From the NCBI GenBank assembly GCA_963736005.1, contig CAVTNB010000001.1, positions 1,088,001-1,152,000 on the forward strand: DNA of 64,000 nt, in the 5' to 3' direction. A model generated the notes under the pieces. It was not told where the DNA came from and searched no databases. It saw only the letters and a program-made list of their open reading frames with translations. The first letter of the stretch is position 1. Each line of letters opens with the position of its first letter. Below are positions 18,987 through 29,885 of this stretch, piece by piece. Origin of the DNA: an uncultured Pseudomonadota bacterium (lineage in GTDB: Bacteria > Vulcanimicrobiota > Vulcanimicrobiia > Eremiobacterales > Eremiobacteraceae). Made by a program: the position numbers and the translations under genes.

Positions 18987-20918
18987 TTATTTGAGGTAGC
19001 GATCGAACCAAGCAAGCCAGCGTCTGTAGGCGTCTGCTTCTCGAGTAGGACCCTGAGGCAAGTGACCAGACGTGGGATACGCGTAAAATTCCACTGGGAC
19101 GCCATTGTCCTTTAGGGCGTGAAACATTTCGTATGATTCGACGATAGGCACGCGGACGTCGTAGACGTTGCATAGGATCAGCGTGGGCGTGTGAATGTTC
19201 TGATAGAACGTAATGGGAGACTGGCTACGCCACAATGTCAGCGCATTACCCTTATAAGGAGAGGACTGGGTGAACATAAGACGGTCGGCATCGATGTCGT
19301 CCGCAATGGAGTAGTCCACGACCAAATCGTTGACGGCGGCGCCTGCCACCGCGGCGCGCCAAATGTTGTAGTGACCTTCCAACCACGAGGTGAGTTGACC
19401 GCCATACGACCAGCCGGAAACCGCGATGCGCGATTCGTCAACGATGCCCATCCGTTCGACCGCGGCAATCCCCGCCATCACGTCTTGCCCTGGACCGGTG
19501 TTTGGATCGTTGAAGATCGCACGAAGGTAGGCATTTCCCAAATCGGTGCTACCCCGGTAATTCGGTGCGAATACAAGGTAGCCGTGGCTTGCAGCCAACT
19601 GGTAAAAATCTGAAAATGCCACCGTGGAGCTTTCATTGGGTCCTCCGTGGATGCGCAGCACAAGCGGGTAGCGGCGACCACGAATATAGTCGGGCGGATA
19701 CGTCAACACGCCGTCTTCCTCAAGACCGTCGGCTGATCGCCACGCGACACGAGTCACGCTGCCGAGCCGCAGCGTTGCGACAGGGTCATTGAACGAGGTC
19801 AGCCGCTGCGGCACCGGGCTGCCCGGCACGAGCACGTATAGCTCGTCCGGATGACGTTTTTGATCGCCGATGAACGCAATCGTGCCGTCTCGCGCGACGC
19901 TTCCCAACGATTGGATCTGCGCCGCCACGACCGTTCCCATCGGCAAGCGCCGGAAGCTCCCATCGACTCTTTGGAGCAACAGCGGCGCCTGCGTTCGATC
20001 GTCCACTTGCTCGAGCAAAGCGTTGCCTCTCGGCATCCAAGCAAGCGTGGAACCCTGACGATCGAGGGCGAGGGAGATGTCGCGGTCGTTTGCGCCGGCG
20101 GACTCTTGGAGCCACACATCGTCTTGATTCACTGGATCGCTAGCGCGCACGTGCAAGTACGCAATATGCGATCCATCCGGGGAATAGAGCGCTTGATCTT
20201 CATAACTCCGATGAGGCGTTGCGTAAGTGGATTCACCGGTCGCCACATTCAATCGGGCTGCGTACGCCAGATCGTGAAGACCGTGGACAGCTGGCGCGCA
20301 CTCGTACAAGATAAAACGCCCGTCCGGCGACCACGACAGCGGTGAATCGATGGCGCTGAGCGGACCCTGGGTGAGCCTGCGCTCTTGGCCGTGACGGTCT
20401 ACGATCCAAATGTGAAATGGGCGCGCTTCTTCCTCGGCGAGATATGCGTTGTCATCAACGCGGAACCCGTCGTCGTACGCTGCGGCTCCGCTTTTTGGAG
20501 CAACCTCATTCTGGCGCGTGAAGGCAATCGACATGCCGCGTGGATCCCACGCAATCTGCTCGACGCTTGAGCCGCCGCGTGTCGTTTCGACCTTGGTTCC
20601 GGAGATAGGATTGATAAGAAAGATCTGGCTTACACCGTTTGCGTCGTCGATAACTGCCGCAAGTTGAGAACCGTCGGGCGACCAGGCGAGATTGCCGATG
20701 GAGGTGTGACCTGCACTTGCGGAGCGCAGCTCCTTCGAACGCCGATCGTAGATCTCAAGCGTATCGTCATAGCGATTGCGATTCAAGTCGACGCGGGAAG
20801 CCACGAAGGCGATGCGTGCTCCATCTGGTGAGATGGTGGCGTTCGAGAGGCTCACCAACTGTTGAAGATCCTGGAGCGAGAACGTGGCGGAAGCGAACAA
20901 AATGATTAATGCAAGCAT
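18987..20918 (-). CDS. S9 prolyl oligopeptidase / acylaminoacyl peptidase family
   Basis: Beta-propeller WSPDG repeats; IHGGP, NYRGS, GWSYGG, DVRVP, SGH catalytic motifs. Confidence 0.92.
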   Translation of the reverse strand: MLALIILFASATFSLQDLQQLVSLSNATISPDGARIAFVASRVDLNRNRYDDTLEIYDRRSKELRSASAGHTSIGNLAWSPDGSQLAAVIDDANGVSQIFLINPISGTKVETTRGGSSVEQIAWDPRGMSIAFTRQNEVAPKSGAAAYDDGFRVDDNAYLAEEEARPFHIWIVDRHGQERRLTQGPLSAIDSPLSWSPDGRFILYECAPAVHGLHDLAYAARLNVATGESTYATPHRSYEDQALYSPDGSHIAYLHVRASDPVNQDDVWLQESAGANDRDISLALDRQGSTLAWMPRGNALLEQVDDRTQAPLLLQRVDGSFRRLPMGTVVAAQIQSLGSVARDGTIAFIGDQKRHPDELYVLVPGSPVPQRLTSFNDPVATLRLGSVTRVAWRSADGLEEDGVLTYPPDYIRGRRYPLVLRIHGGPNESSTVAFSDFYQLAASHGYLVFAPNYRGSTDLGNAYLRAIFNDPNTGPGQDVMAGIAAVERMGIVDESRIAVSGWSYGGQLTSWLEGHYNIWRAAVAGAAVNDLVVDYSIADDIDADRLMFTQSSPYKGNALTLWRSQSPITFYQNIHTPTLILCNVYDVRVPIVESYEMFHALKDNGVPVEFYAYPTSGHLPQGPTREADAYRRWLAWFDRYLK

Positions 20919-20933
20919 TTCCTCTATTTTCAA

Positions 20934-21030
20934 GCGCGCGAATAAATCGCGTGACTACATTGGAATAAATTCGCGAGAGGGGCGATTTTCCAATCACCCC
21001 ACGTTCGTGGACCTAAAGGTCCGCTGCTAC
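20934..21030 (-). repeat. Mosaic REP cluster (A, partial A, B, C), BIME-like
   Basis: gcgcgcgaataaatcgcgtgactac / ggggcgattttccaatcacccc / ggacctaaaggtccgctgctac. Confidence 0.8.
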
Positions 21031-21031
21031 G

Positions 21032-24000
21032 TTACAATTTGAATTGGACCTGGAAGAACAGCTGCGTCGGAAGCGGCAGGTTGAAGGAGTTGACGTCTCC
21101 ATATGCAGGCGCGTAGGGAACTGAGAAGTACTGATTGAGCGGCACGCCGTTGGCCTTTGTGTCGTTAGGGCTGGCACCATTCCAAAAGTTGCTGATAAAG
21201 AACTTGTTGTATGCGTACCCACAGGCAAGACTATTGGGCGGGTATACCTTGGTCCATGGCTCTGAAGAGCCGCCAAAACAGCTATTCACTAGATTTACGA
21301 CACTGAGGTTGGCCGTGGTGCGCGGACTAATATCGTACTGCAGTTGCAAGCCCAGATTGAACTGCCACGGCTGTCGATACTGCCCGAAGGTGGGGAACGT
21401 ACCCGTGTAAGGACTCGGAATCCAAAGATAACCAGGTGTCGTGCCGCTGGCTCCAACTGCTGCCTTGCCGCAAGAAGTATAGTCTGCGGTCAGAGGATTG
21501 GACGCATCGGGAATTCCAAGCGTGCCCTGGTTGGCCGTGCATGTGCGGGGATCGAGTCCTTGGAAATCGCCCGGCGTACCGTAGAGTGCTCCCTCGTTGA
21601 GCGAAAAGGCAGGCGTCATCGAGAATTTGTCGTGGCGATAGCTCAGAACGGCGCTCAACGTGTTGGGCGAGATATACGGAAAGTCTAGCCCCGACGGATA
21701 CCAGCCGTTGCGGTCCAACAGCGGCTGTGGCGACATGTTGTAATAGGGATTCAAGATTGAGGTTGATGCGCACGATGGATCCGCCGTGCCAGTTCCAGTA
21801 TCGTCATAGCAGGGCGAACCGCCACCGGCCTTGGTCAGCATGTTGAAATTTTGAATATCTTCATTGTAGGGATCGACCGCATTCACGGAGGTGCCCGCAT
21901 AATTGTTCCATTTTTCTACGGAGTTTGTGTAGGTGTATGAAACTAGCCCAGAAAGACCGTTCTTGTTGAAGTCACCCTTCGTGAACTCAATCTCGAGGCC
22001 GACATTGCGCTCTGTGCCAGCATTAAACGACGGGGAAACGCCGAACAGCGTTGGGATGCTGATCGTCTCGTAGAGCTGATTGGTCGCCCAGCGGAAGAAC
22101 GGCGTCACCTTGATCGCCATGTCCGTGCCCGGAAATGCGCGCTCGTACGACGCGTCATAATTATTCGAGAACTGTGCCTGGGCGGCATGGAATGGCGTGT
22201 TATAGCCAAACTGAAGGAAGCCGATGAGCTCGGCGGCTAGATTCGGCTCGAGGCTGTTGTACTCGACTTCGTAGTTCTGCGGCTCTTGAGCGAATCTGCC
22301 CGCCGAGAAGCGAAGCACCGTATTCGAATTGAGCGTGTCGGTGAGCCCAAAGCGCGGCGAGAAGTACGACTGCGTGTAGTTTGCGGGGACCACATCGGAC
22401 AAAAGTATGTGTCCATTTTGTCCGTCAGGATGGACCGTCTGCACACCTCCGACCACCGGACACGTGAACGAGACGTAGGGGCTCACGCTGCCCAAAAATT
22501 GCGGCGGCTCCGGAACGATCACCGGCTGGAAGGTAACGGGGTTGTAGCAGAATTCTTTCTGCGCGGCAGCGTACCAGAAGTTCTTGTCGGGTGAGGCGAC
22601 CGGAGTGATGACATACTCGTCGCGGTCAAAGCGAAGGCTTGTCGTGATGTCGAGCTGTCCGTTGGGTTTCCAGTCGTCGCTCAGCGAAAAGTTGCCGAGT
22701 TCGGGCTTGATCGAGTTGATCTCGCCCTGGTTGCCCGTGAAGGTCAACCGCCAAGCCGCGCTTTGGGCGCAGGCTGGTGGAGGAATCGGGTCATTGGCCC
22801 CCCCCGCGCAGGTGACGTTTTCCGGATTTCCCAAGGTCGAGAGCCCGGTGGGGTCTCCGAAACTGCCTTGGGTGATTGGGTCGTTGCACGGCGCTACCTG
22901 GCCCGCGGTAACGTTGTCAACGCCATTAGCCAGCATCCCATCAGCCGCGGCAAAGCATTGCGTGCCGTTTGTCAGGTTGCTCACCTGCTGCCCTGAGCTG
23001 TTAAAATCGTTAAAGTTGTAGTAACGAAGAGTTCGCGACTCCAGATAATTCAGTGTCGCGACGAGCTCGTGCTTTGCGGATACTTGGTTTGCGTACTGAA
23101 GCTCACCACCGCGCGTATGCGCGTCCAGCTCGTAGTCAAAGTTTGTGCCGCCGAGATTTGCGCCGGAGATGCCATCTTGAATGGCGCCGCTGCGATTCGT
23201 ATTGGAGTAAAAAATGTAACCAAAGGCGCGCAAATAGGACGTGTCACTCATGTTGTCCTGGTATTGTGCCTTCACGACACTTGCTTGATCCCATCGGCCA
23301 TCGCGATAACCAAGAGGGAGGGGCGCGATGACGCCGTTCGGACAACTGCCGGGAACCCCCGACACATTGAGGCAGCGATCGGGTGGTGAACCCGGGAAGG
23401 CGTATCCGATAGGCGGCACGTTGGCGAGCCCGAGAAACGGTGTTCCCGCTGGATACGTGTAAAAATCAGGCCATTGCGGCGTACCCACGTATCCCTGCGT
23501 TATGAGCGCACCGAGTATCGGCTGGCCGTCACCTTGACTGCTGTAATATTGTTGAAATTGCGCAGAATTTGAGTACAGTAACTGGACGTCGTTCATCCCG
23601 CTGTCGTGCTTGTGCGGGATGCCGAAGTGAAAATTGTTTACGACCTCTCGACCTACGATGGCCGATGCATAGTCCGCGTTTGGCGAATAATAGCTGAAAC
23701 ATCCCGGGTCACTTGTGACAATCGATGTTGCGGGATTCGTATAGAGGTTGGGGTTATTCGGATTGCACGTAGGGTACACGGCAGGCCAAAATGGGAGGAA
23801 GGTCGTGACGTTATCAGGATAGGTTGACGGAAATTCATTGACTTGTTGGGCGCCGTTTGCGTTCGTGAGATAACGGAAGTCTTGATTGTAACCGCTTACC
23901 CCGACGTAGTATGAAAAGAGGTGGTTGTCGGTTGCACCTCCGGTTTCAAAGGAAAGGTCGTTGTACAACGCCGGAGAGCCGGCGCGAGCGGAGAGGTTTG

Positions 24001-24778
24001 TGAAACCGGGATACGTGCCAGACTTTACAACTTGGTTGATGAACCCGGCTAGCCCGGTTGCGTTGGAACTGGCGCTCCCGCCGCCAGTGTAGATCTGAAG
24101 CTCTTCTTGGCCGAGCGTCGACGCCGAATGCGAAGGGTAGTTGTCGAATGTTCGGTTCATAGGGACGCCGTCATACTCGTATCCGATTTGATCGTAATAC
24201 CCACCCCGTATATATACTGTCTGATTGACGCCCAATTGGTTCGGCGGCACAAACGCGCCTGGCATTGCGGCAATTGCGGAGTACGCATTATTGAGGCCCC
24301 CTCCACCACCCAGTGTCGAGGCGGCCGACGTCGTGGCCACATTGACCGAGTATACGTCAGTGGTGGTCCCGGGCCGTACGGGATTGAGCGAGGAACGCGA
24401 GATCACAAGGATCGTTCCCAGGCTTTTTGCGGCGGGCAACAACCGCAGAGCGACATTTTGGGACTGATCTGCGTAGACGCTAATGCCGGTGGTGCTGGCA
24501 GACTGATAACCATCCTTTGCCGCAGTCAGCGAATACGTGTCAGGAATCAGCGAGAGAAAAACGAATCTGCCCGAAGCATCTGTGTGCGCGGTCGAAGTCT
24601 GCGAGGGGCTCGCAGCCGTGACGTTTGCGTCTGCAATTGGCGCGCCGGTGTCGGCTGAAGAAACTTCGCCACCGAGCGTCCCGGTGGTTCCGGCTCGGGC
24701 AACGCCCGTATACGCCCCCAAAAGGACGCACGCGGCGCCCAAAATACTAATGAGCCTGCGCCCAAACCACTTGCACAT
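21032..24778 (-). CDS. TonB-dependent receptor-like outer membrane protein with N-terminal carboxypeptidase-regulatory-like domain
   Basis: 1248 aa; signal peptide; GTTGTLGGEV..TDASGRF..PDTY; plug VYIRGG..YEYDGVP; SPRFG, FSAGRF, C-terminal alternating FFQVQFKL. Confidence 0.8.
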   Translation of the reverse strand: MCKWFGRRLISILGAACVLLGAYTGVARAGTTGTLGGEVSSADTGAPIADANVTAASPSQTSTAHTDASGRFVFLSLIPDTYSLTAAKDGYQSASTTGISVYADQSQNVALRLLPAAKSLGTILVISRSSLNPVRPGTTTDVYSVNVATTSAASTLGGGGGLNNAYSAIAAMPGAFVPPNQLGVNQTVYIRGGYYDQIGYEYDGVPMNRTFDNYPSHSASTLGQEELQIYTGGGSASSNATGLAGFINQVVKSGTYPGFTNLSARAGSPALYNDLSFETGGATDNHLFSYYVGVSGYNQDFRYLTNANGAQQVNEFPSTYPDNVTTFLPFWPAVYPTCNPNNPNLYTNPATSIVTSDPGCFSYYSPNADYASAIVGREVVNNFHFGIPHKHDSGMNDVQLLYSNSAQFQQYYSSQGDGQPILGALITQGYVGTPQWPDFYTYPAGTPFLGLANVPPIGYAFPGSPPDRCLNVSGVPGSCPNGVIAPLPLGYRDGRWDQASVVKAQYQDNMSDTSYLRAFGYIFYSNTNRSGAIQDGISGANLGGTNFDYELDAHTRGGELQYANQVSAKHELVATLNYLESRTLRYYNFNDFNSSGQQVSNLTNGTQCFAAADGMLANGVDNVTAGQVAPCNDPITQGSFGDPTGLSTLGNPENVTCAGGANDPIPPPACAQSAAWRLTFTGNQGEINSIKPELGNFSLSDDWKPNGQLDITTSLRFDRDEYVITPVASPDKNFWYAAAQKEFCYNPVTFQPVIVPEPPQFLGSVSPYVSFTCPVVGGVQTVHPDGQNGHILLSDVVPANYTQSYFSPRFGLTDTLNSNTVLRFSAGRFAQEPQNYEVEYNSLEPNLAAELIGFLQFGYNTPFHAAQAQFSNNYDASYERAFPGTDMAIKVTPFFRWATNQLYETISIPTLFGVSPSFNAGTERNVGLEIEFTKGDFNKNGLSGLVSYTYTNSVEKWNNYAGTSVNAVDPYNEDIQNFNMLTKAGGGSPCYDDTGTGTADPSCASTSILNPYYNMSPQPLLDRNGWYPSGLDFPYISPNTLSAVLSYRHDKFSMTPAFSLNEGALYGTPGDFQGLDPRTCTANQGTLGIPDASNPLTADYTSCGKAAVGASGTTPGYLWIPSPYTGTFPTFGQYRQPWQFNLGLQLQYDISPRTTANLSVVNLVNSCFGGSSEPWTKVYPPNSLACGYAYNKFFISNFWNGASPNDTKANGVPLNQYFSVPYAPAYGDVNSFNLPLPTQLFFQVQFKL

Positions 24779-24857
24779 GCTTGACCTCCAAGACTGCAGT
24801 CAAATACTACGTTCCATTATAGGAACAAGAGGCGAACGTATCTATCCTGGAATTCCG

Positions 24858-27593
24858 CTATGGGCTCGCCGCTTTGGGCCAATAACCCGCGAGTTGCGCG
24901 CGAGTTTTCACATTCAGGCGGGCGAAAATCTGCGAAATGTGGTGTTCCACGGTATGTTCGCTGATGCGCAACCCCGCGGCTATGGCTCGATTGGTCTGCC
25001 CCTTTGCTACCAGCGCTGCAATTTGTGCCTGCCGCGCGGTCAGTACGAGCGCGCGAGGTTTCTCTCGTCCGGCTCTCAGTCTCTGGGTGTCGCGCGCATC
25101 GCCAATGGCGCGATAGCGTCTCAGGGCCTCGTCCTCGCGGCCTGCCAGTTCGATCGCGATTGCTTGATAGAAACGATGACCCACGCGCGACATGGCCGCC
25201 GCCGCAGCCGCGGCAAGTCGAACCGACCTGGGAGAAACACTGCGATGCGCGACCAGTGCCTCAAAGAGCAGGCGATAGGCTCGTTTGACCCGCGGTCGCG
25301 CCGTCGAGGAGGCTAGGAGCGCTCTGGCAGCCGAGAGGTCCTCCGCCGGGCCCAACCGAGCAATTGAAAGAAAAAACGGCCAACACCGATGCGCGCGACG
25401 AACGTGCTCGTGTGTGGTGTGCAATACCTCAACGGCCTCTGCTCGCAAGCCTTGCCCCTCTTTGAGCTCAGCCAACGCTGCCGCAACCGAGCCAACTCGC
25501 TGCATTTCGCCCGAACGCACGGCGAACTCGAGCGCCCGTGGATCCGCGCAGGCGGTTAAGAGTCCCCGGTCCTCGAGCAGCAGGCCAACCCAAATGCCGA
25601 CGCAGGCAGCTTTGGTTTTGAGCGTTGCCGTCGACACGCCGGTTTCGAGCGCCTCCCAAACGAGCGGCCGGGCTAACTGCACTTGACCCGCGAGCACCAG
25701 CGTCCAAGCATAGTTGAGCGCTGAGTATGCCACGCGCCACATCATCCCAGTCCGGCGGGCTTCTTCAACTGCCACGAGGTGACGCTCTTGCGCAAGCGCA
25801 AGGTCGCCGAGGTCGACGGCGCCGAGTGCGAAGTTGTTCTCGATTTGAGAGATGAGTTCGCTGTCGCCAGTGTGCGCTGCCAAGAGCGATGCGGCGCGCA
25901 AATGCTGAAGTGCGGCGCGCGTTCGCCCGAGAAGGGCCAAGGCTTCTCCACGCACTTCATGCCACGCGGCGCGGGTGGCGCTGTCAAGGCGGCGCAGCGC
26001 TCGCTCGACCGTTGCGAGACGACCCAACGCTTGTTCGGGCTCCCCCAACGTCGTGGCAAAACGAGCGGCGGTTAGCACAGCGCGGGCGTGCATGCTCGCG
26101 TCACCGACTCGCTCGAGATCGCCCGCAGCCTGCCCAGCCACTTGGAGCGCCTCAGAGGTGCGTGCGTCCACCCACGCTTGGTCCGCAAACTGCAACATGG
26201 CGTTTGCTGCGCCGTCGCGCTCGCCGAGCAACTCACGTTCCGCGCGGGCGCGCACGAACCACCCAGCGGCCTCATCACCGCAACCATCGATGTAGAGCAA
26301 CGTGCCCAATCGCTCGTAGATCAGGGCGCGCGATGCACCCGTCGGATATGACCAATCCAGCGCCGCGCTGTAGAAGCGGATGGCATCGCGATACGCACGG
26401 GCTTTTGTCGCTGCTTCAGCCGCAGCTTCGTTCCAGCGCCTGGCTTTGTCCGCGTTACGCGCGGCCGACCAATGATAGGCGAGCTCCGCCGAGCGGTCGA
26501 TGGAATCGGCGCGTGCTTCGAGCACTTGGGCGATCCGCGCGTGCAGCGGTGCCGCAAGGGCATGAATGACCTGGTCGGCAAGCGCTTGACGAATCAGGGC
26601 ATGCCGGAACCGAAAGCGTTCGGGATTTGCCTGGTCTTCGCGGATCAGACCGCAGTCGACAGCTCGTTGCAACAGCGCAATCGTGGAGCCGACGCTCCGC
26701 TCCGCGATCGTGCTGAGGAGGGAGACGTCGAAACGTCCGCCCACCAGAGCGGCTCGGGCCAAGATCTCACGCTCGCTCGGATCAAACGGTGCGAGGCGCT
26801 CGGCGAGAATGGCTTGCACGGACAGCGGTACCCGCACGTGGAGATCGAGCGTGCCATTCTCGACTGCAATGCGCGCAAGCTCTTCTGCGAAGAGCGGATT
26901 GCCGTCGGCGAGCTCTTCGATCCGACCAAGCGTCGCGGGGTCGATGTGCAGATCGCGCGCGCGCAACGTTTGGTGGACGAGGCGGCGAATCTCGTTGCGA
27001 CGCATCCCACCCAGGGCGAGCGTACTGAAACCACATCGCGAGGCCGTGCTGCGAAAATCAGCAAGCACAGGATCCCACGTGGTGTGATCGGAGCGCAAAA
27101 TAACGAGCAGAAGGGTGCCGGGCGTGCGCAAGCGCTGCATAAGGAAGCGAAGCAACTCGAGCGTTGCTGGATCTGCGACGTGAACGTCTTCGATCGCGAG
27201 GACGAGCGGCTTGCGCCCACTCTCGCGCTCGATGGCGTTGACGACGGCTGCAAAAAAGGAGGCTTTGTCGAGCGCAGGAGCAGTCGCATTCGTCTGCGCA
27301 AAGGCGCGCCGGTGATCGAGGCGCTCGAGGATCGCAGCGAAAGGTTCGTACGCCGAACCAGCGCCTGAACAGGTCCCGACCACGGTGGATGCCTGATCAT
27401 GCACGGACGCAAGAAACTCGGCGACAAGCCTGGACTTGCCAATGCCAATTTCGCCCTCGACCAGCACAAAGCGCGCCTGCGTCTCGCTCGCTAGGCGTAG
27501 TTGTGCGCGCAAACTATCAAGTTCGTCGCGCCGTCCAACAAATTCATCGCTCGACAGCGGCGACGAAATAATCGCCGAGGCTACAGTAGACAC
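24858..27593 (-). CDS. STAND AAA-ATPase / TPR / LuxR-HTH transcriptional regulator
   Basis: FVGRRDEL, GEIGIGKS Walker A, IEDVHVAD, GNPLF, FRHALIR, C-terminal LTARQ..IAAGLRISEHTVEHH. Confidence 0.9.
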   Translation of the reverse strand: MSTVASAIISSPLSSDEFVGRRDELDSLRAQLRLASETQARFVLVEGEIGIGKSRLVAEFLASVHDQASTVVGTCSGAGSAYEPFAAILERLDHRRAFAQTNATAPALDKASFFAAVVNAIERESGRKPLVLAIEDVHVADPATLELLRFLMQRLRTPGTLLLVILRSDHTTWDPVLADFRSTASRCGFSTLALGGMRRNEIRRLVHQTLRARDLHIDPATLGRIEELADGNPLFAEELARIAVENGTLDLHVRVPLSVQAILAERLAPFDPSEREILARAALVGGRFDVSLLSTIAERSVGSTIALLQRAVDCGLIREDQANPERFRFRHALIRQALADQVIHALAAPLHARIAQVLEARADSIDRSAELAYHWSAARNADKARRWNEAAAEAATKARAYRDAIRFYSAALDWSYPTGASRALIYERLGTLLYIDGCGDEAAGWFVRARAERELLGERDGAANAMLQFADQAWVDARTSEALQVAGQAAGDLERVGDASMHARAVLTAARFATTLGEPEQALGRLATVERALRRLDSATRAAWHEVRGEALALLGRTRAALQHLRAASLLAAHTGDSELISQIENNFALGAVDLGDLALAQERHLVAVEEARRTGMMWRVAYSALNYAWTLVLAGQVQLARPLVWEALETGVSTATLKTKAACVGIWVGLLLEDRGLLTACADPRALEFAVRSGEMQRVGSVAAALAELKEGQGLRAEAVEVLHTTHEHVRRAHRCWPFFLSIARLGPAEDLSAARALLASSTARPRVKRAYRLLFEALVAHRSVSPRSVRLAAAAAAAMSRVGHRFYQAIAIELAGREDEALRRYRAIGDARDTQRLRAGREKPRALVLTARQAQIAALVAKGQTNRAIAAGLRISEHTVEHHISQIFARLNVKTRAQLAGYWPKAASP

Positions 27594-27710
27594 CGCTTTT
27601 TCTCCGAGACTCCCTGCTTTGTTGCAGCAAAACGCCCACCCTCCCTCGCGACGCGCAAATTCTCAAAGGGCGCAGGAGCGGGTTCGAGCGGACCTAAAGC
27701 GCTGTTACCT

Positions 27711-29093
27711 ATGCAAGCGGCGCGCCGGCCTGGCGTCAATATCTTCGATCAATCGAAGCCGATGTGGCAATGGTTTGCTATCTTCTTGATCCCGGTGATG
27801 ATCGCCAACATCCTCCAGTCCGCATCGCAGACCTTCAGCACGATCTTCTTGGGTCGGATGATTGGCGTCAATGCGCTGGCGGCGGTGTCGGCCGTTTTCC
27901 CAGTCATTTTCCTCTTGGTTGCCTTCTTGATCGGCTTGGCGAGTGGGAGCACGGTCCTCATTGGGCAAGCGTTCGGCGCCGGCGACGAACATCGGGTGAA
28001 AAAAGTTGCGGGTACGATGCTCGGGGCAACGCTTGGGTTGGGTATCCTCGTTGCAATCGTCGGCAATCTTATTTCGCCTGCGCTCCTTGCCGCGCTGCAT
28101 ACGCCACCCAACATTTTGCCGCAAGCTGACGCCTACGCCCGAGTCATCTTCTTGGTGATGCCAATTATTTTTCCGTATTTGGCGTACACCACATTCATGC
28201 GAGGCACGGGAGACTCGCAAACGCCGCTGTATTCTTTGATCGTGAGCACCGTCCTCACGGTTTTCTTCACCCCCGCATTCATTCGCGGCTGGTTCGGCCT
28301 TCCACAACTTGGTGTGGTGAGCGCCGCGGTTGCCGGCTTGATCAGTCAAGGCGTCGCACTGTTTGCGCTTATCGTTTATCTCGCGCGAATTCGCCACCCG
28401 CTGCGCTTCGACGCCGAAATGGCGCGCGACATGCTCGTGGACTGGCGTGTCTTGTGGCAAGTAGTCAAAATCGGCGTACCGACTGGCGTTCAAGTTATCA
28501 TGGTTTCGCTGGCCGAAATCGCGGTTATTTCCTTTGTCAATCGTTTTGGCTCGAGCGCGACGGCCGCGTATGGCGCGGTGAATCAGGTCGTCAACTACGT
28601 TCAGTTTCCGGCTATATCCATTGGCATCACGGCCTCGATCTTCGGCGCCCAGTGTATCGGTGCGCGCCGCGAGGATTTGCTCGGCACGGTGGTGCGATCG
28701 GCAGTCGGTATGAACTATGTGGTGGGCGGCATTCTCATATCGCTGTGCTACATTTTTGCGTCCGCTATTCTTGGTTGGTTCATCACCGATGTGCACACGC
28801 TGCAGATCGCTCATACCCTCATCATGATTACGCTGTGGTCGTACCTTCTGTTTGGCAACAGCGCTGTGATCAGTGGTGTCGTGCGCGGCAGCGGCGATGT
28901 GATCGTGCCCATGCTCAATGGAATTTTCGCCATTTGGGGTATCGAGGTGCCGGCAGCGTACATTTTGATGCATTATTTCGGATTGAATGGCGTGTGGATG
29001 GGTTACCCCATCTCCTTCGTGGTGGTCCTGACGCTCCAGTATTCGTACTATAACTTCTTCTGGAAACGCCGGATTCACGAGCGGATCATCTAG
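27711..29093 (+). CDS. MATE family efflux transporter
   Basis: 12 TM; GVNALAAVS, QAFGA, RGTGDSQTP, RGSGDV. Confidence 0.92.
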   Translation: MQAARRPGVNIFDQSKPMWQWFAIFLIPVMIANILQSASQTFSTIFLGRMIGVNALAAVSAVFPVIFLLVAFLIGLASGSTVLIGQAFGAGDEHRVKKVAGTMLGATLGLGILVAIVGNLISPALLAALHTPPNILPQADAYARVIFLVMPIIFPYLAYTTFMRGTGDSQTPLYSLIVSTVLTVFFTPAFIRGWFGLPQLGVVSAAVAGLISQGVALFALIVYLARIRHPLRFDAEMARDMLVDWRVLWQVVKIGVPTGVQVIMVSLAEIAVISFVNRFGSSATAAYGAVNQVVNYVQFPAISIGITASIFGAQCIGARREDLLGTVVRSAVGMNYVVGGILISLCYIFASAILGWFITDVHTLQIAHTLIMITLWSYLLFGNSAVISGVVRGSGDVIVPMLNGIFAIWGIEVPAAYILMHYFGLNGVWMGYPISFVVVLTLQYSYYNFFWKRRIHERII

Positions 29094-29120
29094 CGGGCCA
29101 GAGCCATCACATTTAGGTAC

Positions 29121-29177
29121 TTGACACGGGCATGGTAAATGTGATATTTAGTCAAGTGACCAAGGCGTATGACTAAA
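29121..29177 (+). promoter_or_regulatory. Sigma70-like promoter (TTGACA at 29121) overlapped by inverted repeats, putative TetR operator
   Basis: TTGACA..GATATT; TTAGTCA-ag-TGACCAA and TTTAGTCA-N15-TGACTAAA. Confidence 0.55.
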
Positions 29178-29238
29178 CCATAAAATGGCCCTCATAGGCC
29201 CTGGTTCTCTGCTCTCTGCGTAAAGGAGGACCGCCCCC

Positions 29239-29883
29239 ATGGCGACTCAGACCCAAGCCCAACCGAGGGCCACCGGCAAGGCATACGTGCTGCAGGGCAC
29301 GCTGCTCGAGGCCTGTTCGTGCAAGACGCTTTGCCGTTGCTGGATCGGCGAAGATCCCGACGACGGCGCGTGCGATGCCTTCAATGCGTACCACATCGAC
29401 AAAGGCGAGATTAATGGCATCGACGTGTCCGGCCTTACCTACGTTCAGGTCGTGAAGATTCCTGGCAACGTGCTCGTTCCAAAGAGTTGGACGCGCGTCA
29501 CGTATGTTGACGGACGGGCAACAGACGCACAGAAGCAAGCAATCCTGGATGCGTGGCATGGGCGTTTAGGTGGACCGCTTGCCGACTTGAATAGCCTCAT
29601 CAAAGAAGACCTCGCCATCTACACGTTGCCTATCAATCACAAACTCACAGGCGGCGAAGGCACCCTCTCGGTGGGCGACAAGATCCGCGCGACAATGGCC
29701 CCGTACAAGAGCGCGTATGGCACTGCAACGACGTTGCGCGACAGCATCTTCAGTACGATTGCCGGTGCGCCCGCCTACGTCTCCAAGGCATCCGAGCACG
29801 TCGTGAACATTCCGGAGCACAACATGGTCTGGGCGTTTAAAGATCGCAATGCAATCCAAGGCGACTTCCGGTTCGAAGCCTAG
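29239..29883 (+). CDS. DUF1326 family protein (Cys-rich, probable metal-binding)
   Basis: AAGGAGG RBS; EACSC..CRC..P..GAC..HIDKG, YVDGRATDAQ..GRLGGP. Confidence 0.88.
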   Translation: MATQTQAQPRATGKAYVLQGTLLEACSCKTLCRCWIGEDPDDGACDAFNAYHIDKGEINGIDVSGLTYVQVVKIPGNVLVPKSWTRVTYVDGRATDAQKQAILDAWHGRLGGPLADLNSLIKEDLAIYTLPINHKLTGGEGTLSVGDKIRATMAPYKSAYGTATTLRDSIFSTIAGAPAYVSKASEHVVNIPEHNMVWAFKDRNAIQGDFRFEA

Positions 29884-29885
29884 CC

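Noticed and set aside
27705..29078. Long antisense ORFs (also 45108..46289, 31758..32786, 26472..27368)
   Set aside because: Shadow frames of well-supported genes, expected in GC-rich DNA; no motifs.
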